Below the pieces are notes generated by a model. That model was not told where the DNA came from. It made no database searches and worked only from the letters and a program-made list of their open reading frames with translations. This document shows, piece after piece, positions 10,571 to 20,351 of a stretch of DNA of 64,000 nucleotides (positions are counted from its first letter, which is position 1; every line of letters begins with the position of its first letter). A program made the translations under genes and the position numbers. Source of the stretch: an uncultured Verrucomicrobiae bacterium (GTDB taxonomy: Bacteria > Verrucomicrobiota > Verrucomicrobiia > Chthoniobacterales > JAFAMB01); the NCBI GenBank assembly GCA_963837955.1, contig CAWIPH010000002.1, positions 2,560,001 through 2,624,000 of the forward strand. The letters run 5' to 3'.

Positions 10571-11002
10571 ATGGCGGCAGCGGAGAACAAAGCAGTGGTC
10601 AGCAGTTTCGTCGAGGAAGTGATTAATCAAGGTCGGCTCGAGCGGGTGAATGATCTCGTAGCCCTCGATTTCGTGGAACTCGACCCTCTCCCTGGCCAGC
10701 AGCAAGGGCGCGAAGGTCTTAAACAGGTGATTGCCGGGTTGCGCACTGCGTTTCCCGACATTCATTGGGTGATTGAGGAGATGGTAGGGGAAGGGGACAA
10801 GGTATTTAGCCGCTTTACGTGGCACGGAACTCATCGTGGCGAATTCTTCGGCGTTCCTGCCACGGGCAGGCAGATAACCGTGAAGGGTATGGTTATCGAT
10901 CGCGTCGTGGCCGGTAAAGTGGTGGACAGTCGCATCCTAATGGACGGCCTGGGCATGATGACACAGCTTGGTGTCATCCCCACGGAGAAGACGGTCCCCT
11001 AG
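10571..11002 (+). CDS. SnoaL-like ester cyclase family protein
   Basis: AFPDIHW, GTHRGEFFGVPATGRQITV motifs. Confidence 0.9.
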   Translation: MAAAENKAVVSSFVEEVINQGRLERVNDLVALDFVELDPLPGQQQGREGLKQVIAGLRTAFPDIHWVIEEMVGEGDKVFSRFTWHGTHRGEFFGVPATGRQITVKGMVIDRVVAGKVVDSRILMDGLGMMTQLGVIPTEKTVP

Positions 11003-11029
11003 CCAAAACAGAGGTGGAGCGCGCAGAAA

Positions 11030-11240
11030 TGCTGCGGTTAACCTTAAGGTCGAGGATTATTTTCGGAATGGAACCCAAACATTCCTACGTTTCCGAACCA
11101 AAGGCGGTAAAGAAAAGGTGATGCCGGTTTACCATAAACTGGAGTCGATCCTTGACCGGTACCTAGATGCGTCCGGCTTACGAGGTCGACCGGACTCGCC
11201 GCTCTTTTTTGGCGGCCCGCGGCAGGACCCGCGAACTAAC
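11030..11240 (+). pseudogene. Tyrosine recombinase/integrase internal fragment
   Basis: AAVNLKVEDY...LRFRTKGGKEKVMPV...SPLF corresponds to the middle of the catalytic domain; no N-terminus and no HxxR/Y. Confidence 0.75.
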
Positions 11241-11527
11241 TGATCGAGCCATTGATCGAGTTGGCTGAAAATCATTTGGTCTACGAATTAACTGAAATCG
11301 ACAATTATCGTACGCGCCATCTTGGAGTTCGGCTTTTTGGATGCCATTTTGACCTAAGTGAAGAGAAGGATTTGGATTAAGCCAATGTAGTAATTCGGTG
11401 GAAGCCATCCCGGCGCCGGCTGCACCGGCAAAGATGTAGGCACCCGAGTTGATACAAGTTCGCTGCCGCGGCCTTAATCTCGGCGGTCGATTGGCCGAGC
11501 TGTTGAACGACAGGGGAATTGAATGAG

Positions 11528-14500
11528 TTAGCAAAGAGGCGGTCGGAACCCGTGCCGACCTAACATTCTCGCCTTTTTGCTGCGGTACTCTGCGTAGCTT
11601 GCTTCCGCGCGTTTCGCCAGTGAAATCGACTTCTGCTCTTTTGCGGCGCGGATGGCTTCGCAGAACGAAGCCTCAATTTGGGTTTCGTCAGAACCCGTAG
11701 CAGTGAGGAGCACACCGCGAAGCCGGTGCAGGTCGGCACGCCACAAGCGCTCTCCGAATCTTTCGACCAATCCTTCCGCCTCCCTTATAGCCTCAAGAGC
11801 TTCAATGGTGCGATCCGCAAGCTGCAAGGCCTCAGCCTTCAGCGCCAGGAAAAATGGGACACCCAGGAACGCGCCCGTCGCCCGAAAGTCCTCTATTCCT
11901 TCCACGATCCACAAGATGGCTTCAGTGATATCGCCGGAAGTGCTGCGCGCCCAACCGCGGAGAACCTCTCCTTGAGGCAGCCAATGCGCAAAGTGATGAC
12001 GAGTTGACAGTTCAATCGACTTAGATGCTAAGCGTTCCACCTCTGCAGGATTACCCTCGTAGTAGGCGAAAACCGCTGCATGCCATAATGCCACGGCTAA
12101 TCCGTGCGTATCATTCATCTCTTTGGCTAGTGAGATCGCTTCGGCCACGGTCGTTTGGGAAGAGGCGATCTCTCCAAGATGCCACTTGGCTTGCGCCTCA
12201 TAGCATAGAACACTGACGGCGGACCCGCCAACCTCTTGGACTCCACCCACCCCGTCAGTGGAGATAGGCAAAAGCTCGGCGGCGCGTTTGTAAGACTCTA
12301 CACTGTCCGAGCGCCAGATCTGAACGCCACGCATCGCGTATTCGTGCGCTGACTCGAAATCGCCCATAAAATAGAGCGTGCCGGCCAAAGCGTTGTATGC
12401 TCCTATCAATAGCGCAGAGTCATTCTGCTCCTGCGCCAGTGAGTAAACTCGTTGGGCAATCTGCATCGTTGCCGTCAGCTTGTCGGTGGCGTGGGAATAG
12501 CGCCACTGACCTATCAGTGCCGAATACAGGAGCAGGGGACGATTAAGTGAATGAGCCAGGGACTCCGCGCGCTCGTAACAAATTCGCGCCTCCGGTGCTC
12601 CCCCTCGTGTGGCTGATAGGTAGAGCCCTGCCTGCATCAGAATGAAGAGCTGATCTTCTGCAGTGAGACTCTGCCCCTCGACGCCCTTTTCCACCGGTGA
12701 TCCCCAGCGTCCGTGTTCGAAGAAATGAACCAAAACCAAGAGCAATGCTCCTCTGGCTCCGAGAATGTTAGACGCGAAGAAGGCATTTCCCCGCTGAATC
12801 CGCGGAATGTAAACTTCATGCAGCGCTTCGCGAAACAGACCGGCATTACACCCGCAGATGCCTGCTAAGAAAAGTGGCTCCATTTCCCTGAAACTGTCTG
12901 GCAGCAGGGGCGCAAGTGTTCGATAGTAGTTAAAGAGCCGCCTGTTGCATTCTTTCCAAGCATCCGTTCGTTGGCTCCGCAGCTGTTCGCCGAAGTACTC
13001 ACGAACAAGCGGATGCGTATCCAGATGCCCACGATTCTGCGGATCTTCCCCAGCCAAGAGTCTTGCTCTTCTTAATTTGGCAAGAACAGTTCGCCACTCG
13101 GTCGGACTCAAATCAGTTAGTAACTCTGTGAGGCCCCGGATAGCAGGCGGTTTCAATAGGGTTCCGAGCGCCTTTTCGTCAACGGGTCGATCAAACAGGC
13201 CTAACATGCGAAGAACCGATAGCTCAGGACCCTCGCCAAGCCAGCTCTGGTAGGATTCCATGACCTTTCGCGCGTGGACCCCCTGTCGCATGTCGTGAGC
13301 AAGACGTTCTGACACTTCTCTGCGACAACGAATATCTCCATTGTAAGCGTCTGTCAGATAGCTGCCCAGCAGCGTAAGAGCGAGACAATGACCACTGAAC
13401 TCGTCGCTCGCACTTCGAAGCTCCGCTTCGACCCCCTTAACACCCAGCGTTCGCAGCAGCTTCGCACCAGCATCACTGGAGAGATGTTCCAGGTCACGAC
13501 GCTGGGCTGAGTTGCCCTCGTGATCTGCAATATCAGCAACGGGGAGACGCGTGGTAATCACGCAAAGCCCCATATTGAAGGCAGCGAGCTCGCGCAGAAG
13601 CGCCTGAATAGAGGGCTCGCGTACCCGTCCTTCTTGTGGACCAGGCGGATTCTGGAGCGGCTCTAGGCCGTCCAGGATTAATAAAGTTCGCCGATGGGCC
13701 ACCAGCTTTGCCAACCTCTCGCCCTTTTCCCACGCTGTTCCGATGCGTGGATCGGAATCCCCAAACCAATTCAGAGCAGCGTCAAGGAATTCGTCTGCGG
13801 ACGAAGTGCCTCCACTCGTGCCCTGTCGGTAGAAGGACCAGCCAAAAACGAGCTGCGCAGAACGATAATGTTCAGCAGCCATCCGCCCGAGCCAATGGTT
13901 GAGGAGCGTCGACTTCCCGACACCAGCCCAGGCAACGATTGTGACGACGTTCACCTGTGTATTTGCCCAGGCAGCGTCCAGGAAAGCGATATCCTCCTCT
14001 CGACCAAAAACATCTCTTCCAGTAACGGGTAATCTGGCTACTGAAATTTTCTTCGGTCCCAATCGCGCTGTCGATCTACAAGTTCCGGGGTGCGAGGCCG
14101 CAGACGGCGTCTTGTGCAAGCTCTCACGTGTAATTCTACGCCGCGCGTCGATACGGTCGGTTATCGTTAGCATCGCCTTCAAGAGTTCGGCCGGATTCTG
14201 AAAGCGGCGACCCGGACCCTTTTCAAGGAGCACCTCAAGCAGAACAACGACTGGCTGCGGAACATCGTCGAGTTGTTCGAGCGGTAACGGCGCGTGCTGA
14301 TGCTGATACATCACCTCAGCAGACGTGCCCCGGAATGGCACCTTGCCCGTCACCATCTCCCAGAGCGTTACGCCTAGCGAATAGATATCCGAGCGGATAT
14401 CAACCGGGATGCCCGCGAACTGCTCGGGACTGGCGAACTCCGGTGTTCCAGCGAAAACTCCGGGCATTGAAATCGCGGCTTCAGCAGGCGACTCGGTTGT

Positions 14501-15151
14501 GAGCTTTGCCAGCCCGAGGTCGATAATCTTCACCAGTGGCACTCCTCCCTCCTCGAAGCTCACCATGATGTTGCTGGGTTTGATGTCCCGGTGAACTATC
14601 TTCTGCTTGTGCACCGCAGCCAAGCCGGCGGCGACCTGCGTTGTAATTTCCAGGGACAACTTCACTTCGATCCGCTCCGAGCGTTTGATGAGATGCTCAA
14701 GGGTCTCTCCCTCCACGAACTCCATCGCATAGAAATAACTGCTCCCAGTTCTGCCCAGGTGCAATACTGAGGCAACGTTCGGATGACGAACGCTGGCTGC
14801 TGCGCGCGCCTCGCGCAAGAAACGAAGGCGCGCTGATTCGTCACCGAGATATCGTTCGCTAATAACCTTCAGGGTCACCGGACAACGCAGATCAACGTCG
14901 AGCGCTTTGTAAGTCACGCCCATCGCGCCGCGGCCCAGTTCGACCGGCGTCCCGTCTTCTCCCTGTACAAGTTCATAATGCTCAAATCGTCGCGCCGGGT
15001 GTTCCGGGGTGGGCTCGACCGCATTTTCCGAAGTAGACTCGCCGGGTTCAACGTCGAGAGCCTTGCGGAGCATGCACACTGGACAGAATTCCATCGCTCC
15101 AAAAAACTCACTGCCGCAATCCGGGCAGGTGCGTTGGGGCTCCGTGCTCAT
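11528..15151 (-). CDS. Ser/Thr protein kinase fused to a STAND-like P-loop NTPase and helical/TPR region
   Basis: N-terminal CPDC..CPVC; LGRGAMGVTY, HRDIKPSN, DLGLAK and GTPEFASPEQ; Walker A AGVGKST, Walker B LLILDGLE. Confidence 0.92.
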   Translation of the reverse strand: MSTEPQRTCPDCGSEFFGAMEFCPVCMLRKALDVEPGESTSENAVEPTPEHPARRFEHYELVQGEDGTPVELGRGAMGVTYKALDVDLRCPVTLKVISERYLGDESARLRFLREARAAASVRHPNVASVLHLGRTGSSYFYAMEFVEGETLEHLIKRSERIEVKLSLEITTQVAAGLAAVHKQKIVHRDIKPSNIMVSFEEGGVPLVKIIDLGLAKLTTESPAEAAISMPGVFAGTPEFASPEQFAGIPVDIRSDIYSLGVTLWEMVTGKVPFRGTSAEVMYQHQHAPLPLEQLDDVPQPVVVLLEVLLEKGPGRRFQNPAELLKAMLTITDRIDARRRITRESLHKTPSAASHPGTCRSTARLGPKKISVARLPVTGRDVFGREEDIAFLDAAWANTQVNVVTIVAWAGVGKSTLLNHWLGRMAAEHYRSAQLVFGWSFYRQGTSGGTSSADEFLDAALNWFGDSDPRIGTAWEKGERLAKLVAHRRTLLILDGLEPLQNPPGPQEGRVREPSIQALLRELAAFNMGLCVITTRLPVADIADHEGNSAQRRDLEHLSSDAGAKLLRTLGVKGVEAELRSASDEFSGHCLALTLLGSYLTDAYNGDIRCRREVSERLAHDMRQGVHARKVMESYQSWLGEGPELSVLRMLGLFDRPVDEKALGTLLKPPAIRGLTELLTDLSPTEWRTVLAKLRRARLLAGEDPQNRGHLDTHPLVREYFGEQLRSQRTDAWKECNRRLFNYYRTLAPLLPDSFREMEPLFLAGICGCNAGLFREALHEVYIPRIQRGNAFFASNILGARGALLLVLVHFFEHGRWGSPVEKGVEGQSLTAEDQLFILMQAGLYLSATRGGAPEARICYERAESLAHSLNRPLLLYSALIGQWRYSHATDKLTATMQIAQRVYSLAQEQNDSALLIGAYNALAGTLYFMGDFESAHEYAMRGVQIWRSDSVESYKRAAELLPISTDGVGGVQEVGGSAVSVLCYEAQAKWHLGEIASSQTTVAEAISLAKEMNDTHGLAVALWHAAVFAYYEGNPAEVERLASKSIELSTRHHFAHWLPQGEVLRGWARSTSGDITEAILWIVEGIEDFRATGAFLGVPFFLALKAEALQLADRTIEALEAIREAEGLVERFGERLWRADLHRLRGVLLTATGSDETQIEASFCEAIRAAKEQKSISLAKRAEASYAEYRSKKARMLGRHGFRPPLC

Positions 15152-15933
15152 GGACCTAACCGCCCTCCAGACGCGAGAAGAGCTTCGCAGAGCGCATGTA
15201 TCTCGTCCTCGATCTCTGCCGGATCTGACACCGTGCGGGCTATCTCCTCGCGCAATATAGAGCTATACCGTTTGCGCAAACGGTGGATAAGGGTTTTCAC
15301 TGCACCCAAACCGACGCCCAACGCCTTTGCGACCTCTTCGTACGATGGCGAGTCCTCGCCGACGCTTCCAAGGAAAACCTTCAGAGATTCAAACGCCGTT
15401 GTTTTTCCTTGGGCGGCGTATTCCTCGCGCAAGAGAGTCATCGCTCGGTCAAGCAAGGTCAGTGCCCATCGGGCGTCGAAGATTTTCTCCGCCGTTAGAT
15501 ACTCTACTGGCTCCAGCCGATAGCGGTTCTCGGCGTCTTCTAAATCAAGAGAAACAAATTCGCGGTTACCGCCTCGCTTGAGGCAGCGCGCCCGGTATGT
15601 CTCGACGGAAAGGTAGTTTTGAAAAGAGGCCAGCAAGAACGACCGAAACTTGCCTTTGAGCCGGTCAACAGTCGTAAGCGCCCGGTGTTCCAACAGGTGC
15701 AGGAAAAAACCTTGGGTTAAGTCTTGGGCGTCCTCCGGCGAATGCCCGCGCCGGCGAGCAAAGACGTAAATTGGATACCAATAAAGCCGACACAGTTCGG
15801 CCAAAGCCGCCGGCCCCCCTTGCACCTGGCTTTGCGCGGCTCGCATGACAATCGTCCAGCGGGTGGTGTGAAAACTCGCAGCACCCTCCGCTGGCGGACT
15901 ATGCTCCCGCTTCACAAGATTCGCGTGTTGCAC
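15148..15933 (-). CDS. ECF-type RNA polymerase sigma factor (kinase-associated type)
   Basis: FHTTRWTIV N-terminus, DAQDLTQGFF, KFRSFLL and region-4 HTH; overlaps the kinase start by 4 nt. Confidence 0.9.
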   Translation of the reverse strand: MQHANLVKREHSPPAEGAASFHTTRWTIVMRAAQSQVQGGPAALAELCRLYWYPIYVFARRRGHSPEDAQDLTQGFFLHLLEHRALTTVDRLKGKFRSFLLASFQNYLSVETYRARCLKRGGNREFVSLDLEDAENRYRLEPVEYLTAEKIFDARWALTLLDRAMTLLREEYAAQGKTTAFESLKVFLGSVGEDSPSYEEVAKALGVGLGAVKTLIHRLRKRYSSILREEIARTVSDPAEIEDEIHALCEALLASGGRLGP

Positions 15934-16024
15934 TGACAGTAGCCCACTAAGTCACGTTTCGGAACAAAATTCCAAGCGATCGCAAGGCCCTGAAACTCGA
16001 AAGACTGAATCTATTTGTAACGGG

Positions 16025-17323
16025 GTGATGACTAAGAGTTCCACTTGGACCGCCCTACGAAACCCGGCTTTCAGAAGACTCTGGATTGCCACGGTGATCT
16101 CCGGAACCTGCGTAGCCGCTCACAATAGCGCGGCGACCTGGATGATGAACGTGGTCACAGGTTCGCCGTTTTTGATTTCGCTCATGGCAACAGTGGCATC
16201 GCTCCCTTTCTTTTTGTTCACCCTGCCCGCCGGCGTCCTCGCCGATAAGGTGAACCGTCAGAAGTTCGTATGTGCGATCAATCTTTGGTTGGCGGCGATG
16301 GCCGCCGGATTAGCGGTGCTTGGTTGGCTGCATTTTCTAAATCCTTACACCATCCTGGCCAGCGTATTTCTGGTTGGCGTTGGTTTCGCTTTCAATGCGC
16401 CGGCCTGGACTTCGATTGTGCCCCAGGTTGTCTCAGACGGCGAGCTCCCGTCGGCAGCGACCTTAAGCGGTTTACAACTCAATATCTCGGGAATTATCGG
16501 TCCGGTGTTAGGTGGTTTCTTGATCCCGCTGGCCGGAGCGAATTTTGTTTTTGCTGTCAATGGAGCTTGTTTTCTCCTGGTTGTATTGGCAATCCGGCAA
16601 TGGAAACAACCAACCGTGCAGACAAAGTTTCCGTCGGAGAACTTTTTCAAATCTTTCGGAACGGTTATCCGTTACGTGCCGGGGCTTCAGATCGTCTTGG
16701 CCCGAAATTTCCTGTTTGCGCTTTTTATTTCGGTCATTCCGGCATTGATGCCGATCGTGGGCTTGCAAGTGTTGCACCTGGGTTCGTTCCAGCTTGGTCT
16801 TTTGTTCACCAGTATGGGCGCCGGCTCGGTGTTCGGAGCGGTGTTCGTCATTTCTTGGCTCAGGGCTCGCTTCTCGCCCGATTCAGTCACCCTCTCAGCC
16901 AATTTGCTGATCGTCCTGGCTTACTTGTTGATGGCACTTGTTCGCCAGGTTGAGCTGTTCTTCGTTGTCGCGGCGCTTGCCGGTGTGGGATGGACACTGT
17001 CTGCTTCGGAACTCTGGGTGGCAGCGCAACGCGCGATGCCAAGCTGGGCGCGAGGCCGCATGAACGCCACAATCATCATGGTCTCGCAAGGAGCCATGGT
17101 GTTTGGGGGAGTGATCTGGAGTTCCGCTGCCGCAGTAGCCGGACCCATTCACACCTTGCTTGGAGCATCGGTGCTATTCCTGGTGAGTCTGCTTCTGGCC
17201 GGTCAGCTTTCGATCAACGTGAGAACGGACCTCGAAGGGAAGGTCTCAGGCTTTCTATCCGGAAGTGTCGAATCCGGAGAGGAGACACCGATAGCGCTCG
17301 CAAGAGAATTAATCGCAGCCTGA
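16025..17323 (+). CDS. MFS transporter (transmembrane secretion effector/MFS_3-like)
   Basis: ALRNPAFRRLW, LPAGVLADKVNR and about 12 hydrophobic segments. Confidence 0.9.
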   Translation: MMTKSSTWTALRNPAFRRLWIATVISGTCVAAHNSAATWMMNVVTGSPFLISLMATVASLPFFLFTLPAGVLADKVNRQKFVCAINLWLAAMAAGLAVLGWLHFLNPYTILASVFLVGVGFAFNAPAWTSIVPQVVSDGELPSAATLSGLQLNISGIIGPVLGGFLIPLAGANFVFAVNGACFLLVVLAIRQWKQPTVQTKFPSENFFKSFGTVIRYVPGLQIVLARNFLFALFISVIPALMPIVGLQVLHLGSFQLGLLFTSMGAGSVFGAVFVISWLRARFSPDSVTLSANLLIVLAYLLMALVRQVELFFVVAALAGVGWTLSASELWVAAQRAMPSWARGRMNATIIMVSQGAMVFGGVIWSSAAAVAGPIHTLLGASVLFLVSLLLAGQLSINVRTDLEGKVSGFLSGSVESGEETPIALARELIAA

Positions 17324-17700
17324 ATGATTCGGAGAAAGACTATGAACACCGGACATCAAGAAAATGGAGCACTGAGAGGTCCGCTGATTCTCATAGTACC
17401 TGCTTCCAACTTGGTTGCGGTCATGAGTCTCGATTGGCTCGATGGCACCAACCAAGCGGCTGTTTCCGCGCAAGCGCACGGTAGGAACTATCTGGCAAAT
17501 CCGCCGAGAACTCCGAAAGACTTCGGCAGAACTTCGGGGAGACTTCGGCGAGCTCAGTTGAGTCGCTCAGTCGAGCCGCTTTCGCTTCGGTGCCGATAAT
17601 GTTCGAAAGCTCGTTGTCTATACATCCGGACGGATCGATCATGAATGCGGTAAACGCTCGGGGCAATCGGGGAGTGCAGGATTTTCGGGGAAACGCCTCT

Positions 17701-19026
17701 ATGACTGCAATCGACGACGTATCCAGCCCTCTGTCGGAGGCCGATCATCGCGCGCGACTTTGTCGGGCCGTGATCGCGAGCACGGTCGGTACGACGATCG
17801 AATGGTACGATTTTTTCCTCTACGGCCAAGTGACCGGACTGGTCTTCGGCAAGCTCTTCTTTCCCAGATCCGATCCTCTCGTCGGCGTGCTGCAGGCGTT
17901 CGCCATCTACGCCGTCGGTTTTGTGGCCCGCCCCGTCGGGGCGGTGATCTTCGGCCATTACGGGGATCGGACAGGCCGCAAGGCGGCGCTGATCACGACC
18001 TTGCTGATGACCGGCCTTGCGACCTTTGCCGTAGGCTTTGTCCCGACCTACGAGCAGGTTGGCATTTGGGGCGCTGTCATCCTGACCATCATTCGCTTCA
18101 TCCAGGGTCTCGGGCTCGGTGGCGAATGGGGCGGCTCGGTGCTGCTTTCGATGGAATGGGCGCGCTCGAACGCCCACCGCGGGTTTATCGCGTCCTGGCC
18201 GCAATTCGGAGCGCCAGCCGGATTTTTCCTCGCGAATTTGGCGGTGTTGGCATTCAGCGCGATCTCCGGCGACCAGTTTCTCAGCTGGGGATGGCGTGTC
18301 CCGTTCTTCTTCAGCGTCATCATGGTTGGGGTCGGCCTTTATATCCGCCTGGGAATACTCGAGACTCCGACCTTCTTGCGGCTGCTGGCCGAAAACCGGA
18401 TCGAACGGGCACCGGTATTCGAAGTGATCAAACGTCAGCCGAAGTCGATCATTCTGGTGGCGCTGGCTAAGATGGGGGAGATGGCACCCGCTTATATCTA
18501 TTCGGTCTTCGTCCTTACTTATGGGACAACGGTGCTGGGAAGCTCGCGCGACCTGCTTCTCAGCGCTCTCGTCGCCTCAGCGGCCGTGTCATTCTTTACG
18601 GTCCCCATCGCCGGGTATTTGTCGGATCGCATTGGACGCAAGCGCATGTATCTGATCGGCTCGGTCGCCACCGGGGTGTTCGGGTTCATTTATTTTGCGC
18701 TGCTCAACACCGGAATGCCGAGCTGGATCTTTATCGCCATCGTGTTGTCTTTTGTCCCGCAACACCTGATGTACGGTCCGCAGGCCGCGTTGATCGCGGA
18801 ATGCTTTACGCCCCGCCTGCGCTACAGCGGCGCTTCGATCGGCTACCAACTCTCCTCGGTCATCGCCGGTGGCCCAGCGCCGCTGATCGCGACCGCGCTG
18901 CTCGCGGCATTCGGGTCGGGGTATGTGATCGCCGTCTACATCCTTTTCTGTGCGATCGTCAGCGTGGTCGCGACGGTCTTGCTGCCCGATTACACCAACC
19001 GCGACATTTCAGAGGAGTACGCTTAG
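17701..19026 (+). CDS. MFS metabolite:H+ symporter (MHS family)
   Basis: GTTIEWYDFFLY, GHYGDRTGRK, QGLGLGGEWGG and WGWRVPF motifs. Confidence 0.93.
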   Translation: MTAIDDVSSPLSEADHRARLCRAVIASTVGTTIEWYDFFLYGQVTGLVFGKLFFPRSDPLVGVLQAFAIYAVGFVARPVGAVIFGHYGDRTGRKAALITTLLMTGLATFAVGFVPTYEQVGIWGAVILTIIRFIQGLGLGGEWGGSVLLSMEWARSNAHRGFIASWPQFGAPAGFFLANLAVLAFSAISGDQFLSWGWRVPFFFSVIMVGVGLYIRLGILETPTFLRLLAENRIERAPVFEVIKRQPKSIILVALAKMGEMAPAYIYSVFVLTYGTTVLGSSRDLLLSALVASAAVSFFTVPIAGYLSDRIGRKRMYLIGSVATGVFGFIYFALLNTGMPSWIFIAIVLSFVPQHLMYGPQAALIAECFTPRLRYSGASIGYQLSSVIAGGPAPLIATALLAAFGSGYVIAVYILFCAIVSVVATVLLPDYTNRDISEEYA

Positions 19027-19064
19027 CGATTGCGCCCTATATGCCCGCGCTTATCACCACGACC

Positions 19065-20171
19065 ATGGCAGAACGGCAGAACGGCAGCGAAGAGATAGAA
19101 GCAATCAATTTGTTTGAGCTGGAAATGAAGGCCCGCGAATTGTTGCCACAGACGCCGTACGACTATTATGCAAGCGGTGCCAACGACGAGATCACGCTGC
19201 GCGAGAATCGCGTGGCCTACGAGCGGATAACGTTGCTGCCGCGCATGCTGGTTGATGTGAGCGAGAGGCATATGGGCACGACTGCGCTGGGCGAGCCGGT
19301 TTCGATGCCTATTTTGATTGCCCCCACAGCGTTTCAAGGCCTTGCACACCCGAAAGGAGAGGTCGCAACAGTGAAGGCTGCTGGCGCAGCTAAGACGTTG
19401 ATGACCTTAAGTACCCTTTCGACCTTTTCTATCGAGGAAGTCATGGCGGTCGCCACTGGACCTGTCTGGTTCCAGCTCTACGTATTTAAGGATAGGGCAA
19501 TCAGCGCATCGTTGGTGAAACGTGCCGAAGTCGCCGGTTGTAAGGCCATCGTCTTTACGGTCGATGTGCCGCTGCTCGGCAGGCGCGAACGCGATGTTCG
19601 AAATCAATTTAAATTGCCGGATGACCTTTCAGTAAAAAATCTTCTGCCTGCAGGGCTGCAAGAGTTTCCAGACCGTACCACTGGCTCTGGGCTTGACCCT
19701 AGTATCGCCTCTCTCTTCGATCCTGCGTTGACCTGGAAAGACATTAAATGGCTTACCGGGATTACGAAGCTGCCTGTGCTCGTAAAAGGAATCCTGCGTT
19801 CAGATGATGCTCTGCTTGCCGTCAAACACGGTGCCTCCGGGGTTATCGTTTCCAACCACGGCGCGCGGCAGTTGGACACCACTCCGGCGACCATTTCGGT
19901 TTTGCCGGAGATAGTCGATGCAGTCGGCGGCAAGGTCGAAGTCTATGTTGACGGTGGTATCAGGCGCGGTACCGACGTGCTCAAAGCGATCGCTTGCGGT
20001 GCGCGCGCTGTCTTCATTGGACGCCCTGTCTTATGGGGACTGGCTTCCGGTGCCGAAGCCGGCGTCAGGTATGTTCTGGAAATGTTGCGTCAGGAATTCG
20101 ATCTGGCCATGGCGCTTTCCGGTTGCCCGACGTTGAGCTCAATTACGCGAGATCTGATTCGGCGATTGTAA
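19065..20171 (+). CDS. FMN-dependent alpha-hydroxy-acid oxidase (glycolate/lactate oxidase family)
   Basis: WFQLY, VKGI, VSNHGARQLD and DGGIRRGTDVLKA motifs. Confidence 0.95.
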   Translation: MAERQNGSEEIEAINLFELEMKARELLPQTPYDYYASGANDEITLRENRVAYERITLLPRMLVDVSERHMGTTALGEPVSMPILIAPTAFQGLAHPKGEVATVKAAGAAKTLMTLSTLSTFSIEEVMAVATGPVWFQLYVFKDRAISASLVKRAEVAGCKAIVFTVDVPLLGRRERDVRNQFKLPDDLSVKNLLPAGLQEFPDRTTGSGLDPSIASLFDPALTWKDIKWLTGITKLPVLVKGILRSDDALLAVKHGASGVIVSNHGARQLDTTPATISVLPEIVDAVGGKVEVYVDGGIRRGTDVLKAIACGARAVFIGRPVLWGLASGAEAGVRYVLEMLRQEFDLAMALSGCPTLSSITRDLIRRL

Positions 20172-20351
20172 TATGAGGGGCAGACAATGCTGTTATCCAT
20201 GACCTTTAAGACGGTTCATCCCTTTCCGTGATAGCAAACTAAATCAAGTAATCACCGCAGGCAGTTGGCGAGCCAAACGAGTGAGCGTTGGTCAACGGTC
20301 AACGCGGCGTGCGAGAGTCTTATGATCGAAAGAAACGGGTCAGGCGTCGAT

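Noticed and set aside
18801..19064. N-terminal extension of the hydroxy-acid oxidase
   Set aside because: It overlaps the MFS gene; family similarity starts after 19065.
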